Shown here: one piece after another, positions 15,107 to 27,468 of the stretch
Layout: each line of letters starts with the position of its first letter
How positions within the stretch are numbered: position 1 is the stretch's first letter
NCBI GenBank assembly: GCA_965649825.1
Contig: OZ287706.1
Coordinates: 124,001-188,000 of the forward strand
Direction: 5' to 3'
From: Penicillus capitatus
Taxonomy: Eukaryota; Plantae; Chlorophyta
DNA length: 64,000 nucleotides
The notes under the pieces: model-generated
What the model was told of the DNA's origin: nothing
The model's input: the letters and a program-made list of their open reading frames with translations, nothing else
Database searches by the model: none
Made by a program: the position numbers and the translations under genes

Positions 15107-15652
15107 TCATAAAATGATAGGAGCACGATTGAACCATCGCTTATGATAGACGAGATTGCAGAGAAATCGCGAATTCTGCCATTTGAGCTCGTACTTTCTT
15201 GGACGACTATGTGGACGACCAATCAAGACTCGAAATTCCCAGTTTGCAGGCGGGATGTGCCGGCATGCTGAGCATTTCAGGAGATGGTCTCTAGTCTCTG
15301 GCACGCGCCCGCATAAGCACCAAAGAGTTGAGTCTCCGTCGGCGGAGTCGAGCAGATTGAATCTGTTGAAATAAACACGGGTTGCCATGTGGCCTAATAA
15401 TAGTCTGCAGAGGGCTGTGAACTGTTTTCCGCTGAGCGATTTCCACCACTTAGACCGAGTCATCTTATCCTTGTCGAAGCCAGTGGCTTTCAGTAAACTT
15501 GTACGATCTGTCAATTCCCAGGTGATCTTTCCCTTCGAGTCTACAAATAGTGAGGTTTCGGAACGTAGTAACTTGAAGCTAGCTTCATCGTCGACATCCA
15601 TGGATTCTAGGATGATCTTTTCCCATCTGTCCCAATTTTCTTGCGACGTTAC
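15107..15652 (-). mobile_element. 5'-truncated non-LTR retrotransposon (LINE) ORF2 C-terminal fragment
   Basis: LCRLLLGH followed by WCLCGRVPETRDHLLKC matches the RxxxGH...CxCG--ET--HLL-C zinc-knuckle tail of LINE ORF2 proteins. No RT core upstream (in-frame stop near 15655). Confidence 0.65.
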
Positions 15653-16731
15653 TTAGTATGCGAATGCAACGTTACATTCATTATGGGATCGATGTAAACG
15701 ACTTCAAGAAACACAGGGTCGAACAAGAACGCGACGACGGCGCAAACGAATGCTCAAACGATAGCACAGGAACTCGAGGATGTTTACAACGGGAATGTCG
15801 GTCTTAAATACCCACGGTGGTTATGAATTCCGAACCATAACGTTCAACAGTCGAGAACTTCAAGGCGCGTTCGGAAACCACCGCCCTACTGTTATGAGGA
15901 AGTTGGCTCGGAGGCCAACACCCGTCGCGTCTGACGGTCAGCGCGCCAGGGTGGTTACCCAGAACCAACCGCTTCCGACGGCTACGAACAACGCACTAGA
16001 CGCTACATCTCCAACATTCATTCTCGAGACCAGACGTTAAAGACCTTTTGCATTTCAACTCATCTACTTCGGCGAAAGCCGACGATCACTATGCCACGAC
16101 AGACGCGAGGAGTTTCGAGTGTGTCATGCTGACCGAATCGGCAAGCTGCAGATTTCCAAGATGTATCCGTTCCCAGAACTATAAAAACCTCCATGTTCTC
16201 AAATGAATGTTCGCGTATAATGTAACGCCGTCGACACTAACACTGCAAACCAAGACGTATGAGAAATAGTCGAAGATACATCCCAAGTTGAAAACGTATG
16301 CCTTTGAACATCATGTGAAAGCATTAACCATAGCGTCCTTATACCCGTGTGCGGACATTATTGTTGCTTTCTGGTTGATTCGGTGGACTTACGTGGCCGA
16401 CTGGGGAGTTTGGTCGGACTTCGTTGTCTAGAGATTGCTCCTGAGAGCCTGCCGAGGGAATGTCCGCTGGGTGAACGACTACTAGGTTAACGCTTCCGTC
16501 TTCGGAGCTTCGTCGAGTGTCGTAGACCCCAACGTTGTGAACCACGCGTTCAGCACCCCTCTGAATGAGCTCTGAGTGTTCGCCTCGACGAAAGCGATTC
16601 AGGGACTCCTGGAACGTTGGATAAAGTGGCGCTTACGGGACCGTCGCTCGTCGAACGTTATGTTAGTCGTTGGCCAGAGTGACGGACACAAGGCTAACAG
16701 CGTAGGCAACAAAAAGGTGTTACAAAGACAA

Positions 16732-16920
16732 TGTCAAAGAGACAGACAAATGGCGAATCCTAAGCCTTTTATTCGGTCCAAGTGATACGACCTTCTAAGC
16801 AGATGATTCAACCGATCACGAGAGCCAGAGAAAAAGACCCTTTCGCGGCACAAGGTCCCCTCTGACAAGACCCCAAGTGTCCCTTGACGAAGTGAGCCCG
16901 TCTCAAACGAGGCAGTCACC
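16732..16920. repeat. Diverged copy A of the LTR-like family
   Basis: Starts tgtcaaag. Shares ctaagcagatga...ccagagaaaaag.ccctt and the terminal aaacgaggcagtcac with copies B and C. Confidence 0.6.
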
Positions 16921-17105
16921 TCGCCACGATCAAAACAGTCATCCTCGCCATAATCGAGGGCGATCCTGGCGACAATTTTGATTGTTAGTTCACAGACGCA
17001 AAATAGATAGTCGGGACTGACCGGGTCGTGTCGGATAGCGGTCAATCTTACAATCGATAGTAATCCTTGTCGCCCGTCGGCCACGTACCGAAGACAAAAA
17101 ACAGC

Positions 17106-17312
17106 GGAAGTCTTTATACAAGTGTTCGGAGCAAGGTCGTACAAGGTCCAGAATGTTTATTAAATACTTGCGTGGTGACTTGACGTCTCTAGGCAGATGA
17201 GTTACCACGCTGCCAGAACCAGAGAAAAAGGCCCTTTGCAAGCCAATGCGCCCTTGTGACAAGACAACAAAGGCCCAAGAAAACATGAACCCCTTCCAAA
17301 AAAAGCAGTCCC
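17106..17312. repeat. Diverged copy B of the LTR-like family
   Basis: ctaggcagatgagttacc...ccagagaaaaaggccctt...gcagtccc lies 394 bp from the matching block in copy A. Both copies are followed by a ctggcgacaat/cttggcgacaat block. Confidence 0.6.
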
Positions 17313-17641
17313 ATCGCCAGGGAAATCTTGGCGACAATCCTGAAAATAAACCGTACCGAAACACTGTCGTCGTAGAAGAGCGGTGGCGAATCTCGGCAGC
17401 TCGAACTTCTCCAATATGCCGCCGCAATCAAAGCATCATTTAACCGCCACACTGTTAATGAGAAGATCTTCGTAAAAAAGCTCATAGGTCATCGGTTATT
17501 CAAACAAAGTCGCCGACCGTTAATGTCTGAACTCAGAGCCTAAGGCGAAGAATTCCATCGTCATTAATGAGCAAATCCAAAGTCGTCAACAAATTGAGAG
17601 GCATCGTGTCAAATAGATGCAGCTTAATCACCACCACATCC

Positions 17642-17870
17642 TGTCAAAGGAAGGCTTTCACGTTTACAGAGCAAAGGTATTTACAAGTTCATATTCCACC
17701 TATCTATACGGTGCATGTGACATGACTTGTCTAGGCAGGTGAGTCACCCACCTACCAGAGCCATGGAAAAGAAACACTAGGGGCGAGGTGAACCTCGCAT
17801 AAGTGCCCTTTCGGAGACAGAACCTTTGGAAACTAGGCAGTCACGATGTGACAGCCCAATCCTACTGATA
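17642..17870. mobile_element. LTR-like element copy C (longer relative of the NLR insertion)
   Basis: tgtcaaaggaaggctttcacgtttacagagcaaaggta ... gcagtcacgatgtgaca-12nt-tgata. Carries a central block of about 65 bp absent from the 10588 copy. No TSD, PBS or PPT seen. Confidence 0.7.
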
Positions 17871-19206
17871 GAGGGATAATGAGATTTGTCTGATCTTCAT
17901 TTTAAGATCTCGTTTTCTCTGCAAAACTTCCAGCGCGATAGAGACCTTGATAGAAGAGAGCGTATGTTCGCATCCGCTGATGTGAGAATTCGTTTTGGAA
18001 AAGTCAAAGCACCGCGCGTTCGCGTTTTGCAGTTCGTCTGTAAAAACGTGCAGATCGCAGTTACCAATCTGTGATCGTGCTCATCCGTTTTTGATGTACA
18101 TTCTCTAGATGATTATGATTTCCTTCACCAGAACAACAGTACAGACACATAAGAGGAGTTCACAACGACCACATAACTCCCATTCGAAACTGTGGAGCCG
18201 TTTATCGAGAGAACATGTCTAAATAATCAGAGCTATCGTTTATTATATCACTCGACCAAGAGACCCTTGCTTGCTGTGTGATGTCAACCATCGTCGGTTT
18301 TCTTTTTATGTATGAAACACAATCATCACTCTTTTTATTTCTGTGGACTGTGTTGTTTAAGTATGGAGTTGCGATGAAGATACTCGCGATTTGAAGAAAG
18401 ATGTCGCTAAAAGTTTGCTTCTTCTCCCGCTTTCATTTACAGGTACGAAATCGCCGAAGGTAGTCTCTCTGAGCGAGAAATGATTCCCTCGGACATTTTG
18501 AAGCTGGAACATTTGTTCTCAGGATAAACACATTTGTCATTGCAGCATTTCCAGAGACGGCGTGCATATCTGTCTCTAAATGAAAACTTGAAAACGTCGC
18601 TTAAATTCTCGCTTTGGTTTGGTGTACGATTCCTTGCGTACCGAAACCAGAAAAGTCCAAAACACCTGCAACCTGTGTACTCCCTCGGTTTAGCGATGCT
18701 ACGATGTAACAACAGTGTTGGCGCCGAAAACATTAATCCTTGACCTCGTGTTGACTCTCATGGGTGGAATTACTTTGCGAACGCGCAAGATACGATTATT
18801 CTAGCGATTTGACCGTCCACTTTACGACAAGAAGCGAGAAAACTCTTGGCGTCTTTGTTAAATGAGCGTGACAGGGCATTCGTCAATTCCAGACTACCCT
18901 GTCATTTCCACGGATACGAAATGCGAGGTTCCTGATTTGGTACTTCTGACGCGACACTGAGTTATCTTGGCTTTTGGTTTTTTATTGTTGTCCAAGAGCG
19001 GTTAGTTCTCTCCGTTAAACTTCACAGTGCGACGGTGGTCTTTTGCTTGTCGATTGCGATTTGTTGTGTGTTTTCTCCGCAGATCTGTTAGTCTTCAACG
19101 GACAGCGCGAACGGTTTGTATTTGTTTATAATTTTCTCGGCCTCCTAAGTTTGCCTACCAGACGACTGACAAACGTATCAACCCCGCGAAAGAGTCATTC
19201 TACGCA

Positions 19207-19573
19207 ATGCGCATTGGAGGTCGCATTCTCTAAACAACTATTCCAAAGACGATGGAGATTTAACTTTTCAGGGATCGCAATTTCCAGCGGGCATGTGGAT
19301 TTTCATTCCGTCGGAGTTTCCGGCGACTGTCACAACGATCACGAGAGATTCGCTAAACAAAAGAAAAGCATCACAGTCGATTTCGACATCATATTCCACC
19401 AACCTCCCTCCGTCAGTGCTTGGGTAACAAGACTGGACGTCGACCGCGAACGCAACGAGCGTTGGGATCTGAAAGTGTCCAACGTCACGACGACAGGCTG
19501 TGTCATTCATTTCAAAACGTGGGGCGACACGTACATCTATGCTGCCACCGTCAGCTTTCAAGCTCTCGGGTAA
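19207..19573 (+). CDS. H-type lectin domain protein; additional 5' exons possible
   Basis: SITVDFDIIFHQPPSVSAWVTRLDVDRERNERWDLKVSNVTTTGCVIHFKTWGDTYIYAATVSFQALG matches the H-lectin (discoidin/HPA) pattern. Intron 19220-19271 joins MRIG|GIAISSG in frame. Confidence 0.8.
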
Positions 19574-20415
19574 TTCATTGATCCTTCAAACAAGCAGTTG
19601 TGGGCCGACTAAAGGTCATGTGTTGTAGAGTGGCCGCGAATTGAACTAGTTTGTCGTCAGGTCTTCCTGCTAGTCGCAAACTTGCAAGAGACGTATGTTC
19701 GTTGTGTCTTTCTCTGCAGACTGCATAACAACACCCGGACGAGATTCAGATCGTAATTGTTCTATGATTTAGCAAAGCAATTTGAAACGACGCGTCCGTG
19801 ACGATTAACGAATCGGTCGATACGAATCTTTAGCCGAAAGAGAACATTCTCCAGAACAAAGCGGTAAACGATTCTGAGGACAACAATTTCCACTCTGCAC
19901 TTGATCAGTTCTATTTTGCGTACAAACGCGCCTTCGTCCTTTTCCTTAAAACCCAGCCTCCGTGGTTGAGTTTGCACATTCTGTTGTGTCCTAACAGCTA
20001 ATACTCTACCCTAGCAAATACTCGGAAGTGAAAGACACTAGTGATGCGTTTATGAGTGTGCATAAAACATGGACGATGTCCTCTCTGCGCGGTCAAGAAT
20101 GATCTTTTAAGAGTGGTAGAGGGTTGTCGTCACTTAGACTTCGACAGATAAAGGTGCTTGGCTGCAAACCCTGTTCCAAATATACTGGTTCCCTCTCACA
20201 AGGAAAAAATTAACAAGACAACTACACGTCGTATGACAAAAAACTAAGCGGTCCAAGCAGACAGATCCGCTAGATCCTCTCGATTCTGCTTGTTTTTCGA
20301 GATTGATGTAGGAACAATGAAGCGACTGGTTTGTCTGGCAGCGCTTGATCTAGTTTCTGCGTTTAAACGCTAACTGCCTTTGCTAGAACAGACATGTAGG
20401 TGTAATGCACTGGGA

Positions 20416-22597
20416 ATGATGGAAACCGACAACGTTCAAGTTTATTTATGAGATCATTTGTCTGTTCGACGATTTTCAATCTGTCCGGTTCCCAAAACAT
20501 CTACTTCTCTGTTCAAATCGGCTCGACTCGAAGAAAAAACAACGTCAACCACCAATCTCCCGCGGTTCAGCGCCAGCGCGACATCAGACTTCAATTCTTG
20601 TAGAGATCTCACAGTAGACGACCATATGTCTCTCCGGTGCAGACGTCGGTGATACTTTTAGACACTATTGAAGTCATGAATGGACATGCCGACGTCGACG
20701 GACACGGTATCCACTCTCACGCCGAAGACTCTTTTTTCACGTACTGTTCTGTTTCAGACGCTGAAGTCGATTATCTCGAAGTGTGCGTAGCCGACGTCAA
20801 CGGCATTCGTCACAGCAGGTGAGGCTTTCTTCAAACGCAACTCTCCCTGTCATATGCCTCTTCGTCGTAGGACCTATAGAAAGAAACACATAGCAAGTAT
20901 TGTGAAACATGGCTTCGGTCTATGCGAAGCTCTTCCTTTTCTGCCCTGCCATGCAGACGTCATTCCTCCGGGTAATATCCTCATCGTCTTCTCTCAGAAA
21001 ATGTCGATCTGCGAGGCAGAGAGTAAGTTTGGCGCGTCAAGAGAATTCTGTGTAATGCCGGACATGACAACGTTTCGAAGACTTCCATGGAGAAAGAGCG
21101 CTGGCGTCGTCATCGGGAATCTCCACACAGAATCGGGTGCATTTGTAGCACACATCACAGACTGGCTGACGTTAGCTGTTTCGATGCAGGTGACGTTTCA
21201 CCGGACTGTTCTCGTCAAGTCCTTCGAGAGACTCTGTGGAAATTAAAGGAAGAGTATGGGTATAATATCAAGGTACAGGCCGAGTGCTATAAACCGCTTT
21301 GAAGGTTAATGTCTTGGTAGATCGGATTCGAGACGGAGTTCTTTCTTTTCAAGAAAGGCGTCGAAGGGGATGCTTGTTTCACACCTCTATCGGAGCAATT
21401 CTACGAGTCACAGAACGACACAGTTGTTCATGCAAAAGGTTTGGGGTTTTCTGATTCTTCCCGGAAAGCAATAGATACGATGCGTAGTGCTGGAAGAGAT
21501 CGCACAAACGCTTGACAAGATGAACATAGATGTCATTGCCTTCCATCCAGAATCGTCTTGCGGTCAGTTCGAAATCGTCACAAGTCACACCGATCCATTG
21601 AAAGCCTGTGACAACCTCTTGCTGACGCGCCTGGCAATTGGTATTCTGCCTCGATCTGCTGCCTAATGGAAATCGTATTGCTGGTCTTGTTAGTGGCCGT
21701 TGCTCACAGGAATGGGCTAGATGCGTCTTTCTTGCCAAAGATATTCGCAGACAGTAACGGATCTGGCTGTCACATACACATGAGCATAGAGAAAGTCGTT
21801 ACCATCTGGCACACCCTTTCCACCAGTAAGAGAAGTTGCATGTAGGACAGAGTGGATGTTCTACAAGGACCGACACCCAAGGCGTTAACTGCAGAAGGTC
21901 AGCACTTCATCAACGGACTCCTCAAGCACCAGGCTGCATGGATGATCTTCGCGACTGGAACGTCAAATAGCTTTCGTCGCTATCAGCTAGGATGTGCGTC
22001 TAGCGTTTTTACCGTCTGGGGTGTCAACAACCGGTAAACCTTACACTCTGGGAGTATGACTTTGACAACGGTTTTTCGCAGTGAGGCCATGATCCGTGTG
22101 CTCTTTCCCATGAAAGGCGTCGAAAACAGTATCCACTTCGAACAGAAGTGTTTCGATGCAACAACCAATCCGCACGTCGGTGTGGCCGCACTCGTTGTCG
22201 CTGGAATTCTGGGTCAAGCATGCCCTGATCGATCACCATCGTTGATATAACGATGTGTCCGTCCAGGTCTGAGAGAGAAGAAATTGCTTCCTCCCAAAAC
22301 ACAGGTCGATCCTGCTTCGCTGTCAGATGCCGAGCTTGAGAAGAAAGAAGCCAAGCGCTACCCGACATCTGTCTCCGAAGCGATTTCTGGGTTCCACGCA
22401 GATGCAGCCTTTAAATCACTTTTTACAGCAGGTAAGGATCCAATGAACAAATGAGCTCTCTCCGAAGAGGAGGTTTCTGTGCAGTATCGTCTGAAGACTT
22501 TGTAACGGCAACCCTGGCATGCCGCAAAGCATCCGCCGAACATTTTGCCCCTTTGGGAGTTGAGGCAGAGATTGAGCATCTATATAAGCGCTACTAG
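20416..22597 (+). CDS. Glutamine synthetase type I-like protein (FluG/nodGS/gamma-glutamyl ligase type); start uncertain
   Basis: Exons give [31 protein letters not shown]...[27 protein letters not shown] and [14 protein letters not shown]. Ends EHLYKRY, stop at 22597. Confidence 0.85.
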
Positions 22598-22860
22598 ATG
22601 TATGCGTTAGCAGACCTCAACATTCTTTGCAATCGATGGTCTGCCATCTTTAAGCATCATCCATCTGAATTTTTTGTCAAAACCTTTTTGTAAAGTGCAT
22701 GAGTGACCTGACGACGGTAACTCCGACGATCGTAGCCATTCAAGAAGACTGTGTGCCTGTACCGCACGCATTTCATCATTGTCTGAACTCATGCACGTAT
22801 CGAACACGCTACCGCTAAGCTTTACAAAGTGTTTGAAGTGCCGTCACTCCTTTCATGGCA

Positions 22861-22865
22861 TTACA
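22861..22865 (-). terminator. TGTAA green-algal polyadenylation signal after VPS41
   Basis: TGTAA on the minus strand about 87 bp after the VPS41 stop. TGTAA is the established chlorophyte poly(A) signal. Confidence 0.4.
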
Positions 22866-22951
22866 AGCTTGTGATTGACATATTCGCTGCAAAAATGCAC
22901 TGGTGAATGGTTCAACATGGTATCTCGAAACATCATTGCAATAGGAGCACT

Positions 22952-25900
22952 TTATTTTATCAAACTCGGTAACAACTCCTCTGCATCATCCATATCCGGT
23001 CGCCTTCTCGGAATCTTGAATCGCATACTCTCCGTGTAATCGACACCGTGGGAATCTTCTTCCAGAACGAATCCAATTTTCATAGGCAGACGCTCGACGG
23101 GCACAACATCCAACCCCGATGATGCTTCGGGCTGTTGGGATGCTTCACTGTGCCCTGAACGTCCAACAAATTCGATTGTGGGTTCGGTGGAGGGGACAGA
23201 AGTGCCAGTCACGGTGTTGTACTGCACCCAGGCACCGTTATCACAACCGCTCTCTGTAACATACACGTCTCGAATACAGTGACGCACCTCCCTGAAGAGT
23301 CGAGCATTGAGTTGAACACAATCTGCTCTGAGAATGTTATTGCAGCCCTCTTGGAGGGCAGTCTGTGTTCGGTAATCGGCAATGATACGACAGAGACGAT
23401 TGCGGAGATTCCAGATCTCCATTCCCTTTGGAATGCGAGTGATCACTCTCAACGGATCAACATGGCCTCCCACGTGATCCAGCAAATCGCCTGCCAGACG
23501 ACAATACTTTGTACAAATCTCACTCCATTGGTGATGAGGTACCTGTGGTGGCAGCACTGCCGATGGCCCATGTGATCAGAGAATCCCAGAGCTCGTTATC
23601 GTTTTGATTCCTGGCGAATTCAATCGCCTGCACAGCACACAGCCAAAGGCGTTTTTCAGAGTCCCCCGTCTCGAGACAGGATGACTTGAGGAATGTCGGC
23701 CAGTTCTTTAATGATGAGCTGCAAGGCTTCATGTGTGTTGCCCATGCGACTCAGAATGTACACCATTTCTCTAATGAGTTCATGTTTCTTGCAGATTTCA
23801 TATGCCTGCTCTAGTGGGTATTGGTGGCTCATCTGAAGGAATCGCATCAACTTGGATGGCTTATAGTCTGCATACAATTCGACGAGCAGATAATGATAAT
23901 CGGGAGCCATCGCAATATTATCGCTGATCAGTTGATCCATATAGCGATAGAGCCACTTTCTCCAAATCTGATAACGACGATCAGCAGGATCCGACTCAGA
24001 AACACTACGCATGGCTGTCGTGACTTCTTCGATCACTTCCGTCGGCTACAGTCCATTCCACAAACCCCAATCCATCGCAGTCAATACCCTAAGGCGCGTT
24101 TACTTGAACTTCGTCTGCATGGTTGCACAGCAGATCTAGCGTACGTTCCTCATCGAGGGCGATCAGGCGGATGATCTTGTTGGTGAGACATCGCAGCAAC
24201 GCATGATGCAGGACGAAGTCAAAGACATTCGGTCGCTGCAGTTGGAGGTAAATGTCCATCGCCTGTTCGTGCATGTTCTGCAGAATGTAGAGCTTCGCCA
24301 AGACTTCCATAAGAATCGTACGATCGCCGCGGATCGCATGGAGTTTCTGATGAATGTCCTTCGCCAACGCACTCGGACTATAGATCGACGGCGGCCATTT
24401 CGTCACCAAATGTTGCAGCTGCTGATGAAACTGAGGAAACGGAATACATGATCTGTGGCCCACACAAACACATCACTCCACAGGAGGACAGACGGCGGGC
24501 GGCTGACCGAAGAATCATGTTGTAGGTGGATGGCTTGAGTGTCGGGTTCTCGATGGGAACGTAGGAAGAGAGGACACTGAGATTGTTCTTCGAGGCAAAG
24601 AGGAAGACATAACGCTCCCAGCGTACCGCATCCTCGCCCAGCAGTTCAGGAGTGACCTTCGCTGCCTCTTCGACTTTCTTCTCGTTTAATAGATTGTCGA
24701 TGAAGCGATCCACCACACGTTCCCAAGTTTCGGGATCGCGTTTGCGGACAACCGTAGCGACGGACAGCGCTTTGCCGTAACGTCCGTGTTCCAATAGCCA
24801 TTCCACGCGATCCATCTCATCTCTCGGCATCCCCACAAAGATATCCTGAAAAGACATGTTGGCAGAGAAGATGACTGGGTATTGGGGTCAACCTTGGGAG
24901 AGATGACGTAGTAAAGAGGCTGCTCTCCATCTTTCCACCACTGGACGAAGTGTTTCGTCTGGACGCTGTCCGATAATTCGTCGCTGGGGAAGGGATTGAT
25001 TTCTTGAGACGGCGCTCCCAAAGAGGCGTAGCCATTCGAATGCTTGCAACAAGATGTGGGATAGCACGGCACCAGTCGATAATCATCCGCCTCATACTGT
25101 TCATAGCCATTGATCGACAGCGCATCTGATGAGACTTCTGCATTCTTCTTCGTCAAAACCCGAATCTGTGACAGACAGTGGCAAACGGCATATGGTTGTG
25201 TCCTGTGCATAGAGCGCACTTCGGGTCTGAGTGATTTGCAGGTGTCTGTTTTGTTTGCATCATCTTTGCACTGAGATCTCATATAGGCCAGAACTGCCAG
25301 TTGGTGTCCGAATGGAGCCACGCCCTTCAATAGATCCACCTCGCCGACAGAATGGCAGCAGAGAGGCTTCCTACTGCAATTGTCCCTTCGGTGTCGAACT
25401 TTGTCAAGATCTTAACGCAATCCTGTCCAATGATATTTCCAGACTCATTCGGTGTAAACGAAACGATCTAGACAGAAGGCAATGCGACGAAGAGATGTCA
25501 TATGTCCTCTCATTCTCACCATAACCGTCGTGGACCAGCCGACATAAAGAGGTCCATCCGGATGCCAATAGAGAAAGCACTCACTCGTTGGCGCAGCGAT
25601 GACAGAATCCGGTTTCCCTACGGTTCCAGCGTGTTTGTGCAGAGCCATGTTGTAGATCTGAAGCCGTATGCGACAGTCATGTGCTCATTCAATCATAAGA
25701 GTGAGATCACACTTTGATGTTTCGGTCGTTTGCCCAGGCAACCAGATTCCCAGACCATTTCACGGTATGTACATGTCCCTCACCTGCATGAATCAGCAGT
25801 TCCTTTGTTCCCAGCCATCCCTATCCTCATAAAACGGCTCAAGCATCTGCTGCCCATTGAGCTACAGACCTGTGTATTCAGCAACAGTTTCCCAGCAGCC

Positions 25901-26486
25901 CCTCCCGATACCACCTCTCGCGTTTTCCTGCTGCTAAATCTCGGATCGATAGCTAGCGCCTGTCTCAACACATCCCGTCCATAACCGTCGCTCGCACTCG
26001 TGTGTTGCCGATCACTGTGAGTGGGCGCTGGTGATTGATTCGAAGACACTCATCCGATACCAGACTCCTCACCACAAGTGTCCCATCATCCGAACAGCTC
26101 CCCAATGCCTCGACCTCTTCATCGAAACAGATATCCTGTACCTTGCCCTTGTGTGATTGATAAGCTTGAACCTAGAGTGACATCAGCATCTCCATACATC
26201 TGCACGAAACGCTACGGCACACACACCTCATCTCCGGCACAACTCAGTAGATAAACCGTCCCACTGTGTGTCCCGAGCGCCAACATCTTCTCCGATACGC
26301 ACAGACTCGACGCTTCATCGCGTCGGAGAATGTCGACCACGTCTGCCCCTAACCTGCACGAACATACGCTCATCCCTCGTTCCGCCGCCCCGTCAGCCAC
26401 CTCTGGTATTTCAACTGCGGCTCCGCCTCTTCTTCGACCTCGACCTGAATATGCGCGCTGCCTTGTTTCGATTTAAAAGACGACAT
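22952..26486 (-). CDS. VPS41: Vacuolar protein sorting 41 (HOPS subunit)
   Basis: N-terminal EEEAEPQLKYQR, WD-like exons, YYVISPKDIFVGMPRDEMDRVEWLLEHGRY, clathrin-repeat region YPLEQAYEICKKHELIREMVYILSRMGN and LRNRLCRIIADYRTQTALQEGCNNIL. Confidence 0.92.
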
Positions 26487-26533
26487 CGCGATGACGTTCC
26501 ACCAAACGTACGACGCCTCTAAAGAATGTTTTT

Positions 26534-27387
26534 TTATGACAGGGTCGCGTATTGATGTATTCTACATTCGGGATCATATCCCTCCAAAAGCTGTGTCCAG
26601 ATGCGCTTTATATCAGATCGGTGATCGGAGGAGGGACTCTCATCAGCATCACAGTACGACCAGAGTTTTGAAACAGCGATCGGTAACTCACAGTACTGTG
26701 CAGAGAGGAGAAACATAGCAACAGCGAGTTTACGTGCTGAGAACTGCAGCCAGAGCGTTGTCCAGCAACTGTCGTTCACCATCTGCCAGAAACGACGCAC
26801 GAGGAGCTGCACCTGCTCATCACTCGTGCTGTAATCCATGATGGATATGAGTTCGAAGATGTGACAGTAAGGTTGATCGATATGAAAACCGTGACCTGAA
26901 CAAACATACACGCCATGGGTGCATGCAGTACGCATGGATGAAGGATCTGCTTACCGACCACTTCGAGCAACAGTTCCTCCCCATGCAGGACGCTCTCTTT
27001 GACTTGGCAACGGAATTCAGCATAGTTTGCAAAATCTCTTAGCTTTTCGGGGTTTTTGGCGTAGCGCACTTCGAACATGGTCTCGATGATGTAGTCCAGA
27101 CTGCGAGGTCGATTCTCGAATTTCCCAGCAAGACTGAGTGCCGCAGAAGAGATACAAAAGAAGTCATTATGAACGTAGCTGCGTTGCGAGTAGAATCGTG
27201 TGACGAGATAGTGCGCTGTGGCAGTCAAGTAAGAAGGGAATTCGTATTTGCGTGTGACCACAGCGTCGATAAGACGATGGCAGCAACGCAGGAGACGTTT
27301 CTCTTTCTCGACACTGATGCCTTCGGCACGATTGGGAGAGGCTGCTTGGATTTCTTCGTTTGTCCGACCGTAGAAACAATCGACCAT
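26534..27387 (-). CDS. Transcriptional cyclin (cyclin T/K-like)
   Basis: SPNRAEGIS, TATAHYLVTRFY, AALSLAGKFENRPRSL, KESVLHGEELLLEVVG|HGFHIDQPY and WTTLWLQFSARKLAVA fit the cyclin T box pattern. Confidence 0.85.
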
Positions 27388-27420
27388 GACGGGAACGGAG
27401 AGAGGTGACTGCGTTCGTCA

Positions 27421-27450
27421 ACGACGACGCGAACGACGACGACGACGACG
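27421..27450. repeat. (GAC)n microsatellite in the NAF1-cyclin spacer
   Basis: acgacgacgcgaacgacgacgacgacgacg. Confidence 0.8.
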
Positions 27451-27451
27451 T

Positions 27452-27456
27452 TTACA
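27452..27456 (-). terminator. TGTAA polyadenylation signal after NAF1
   Basis: TGTAA 12 nt after the NAF1 stop on the minus strand. Confidence 0.4.
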
Positions 27457-27468
27457 GACCACTTGGCG

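Noticed and set aside
16339-16650. Minus-strand ORF next to the LTR-like array as a possible gag fragment
   Set aside because: No ATG, no zinc knuckle and no capsid motif visible.
26486-26560. Cyclin T-VPS41 fusion by splicing
   Set aside because: Both available acceptors give a stop or the wrong frame.
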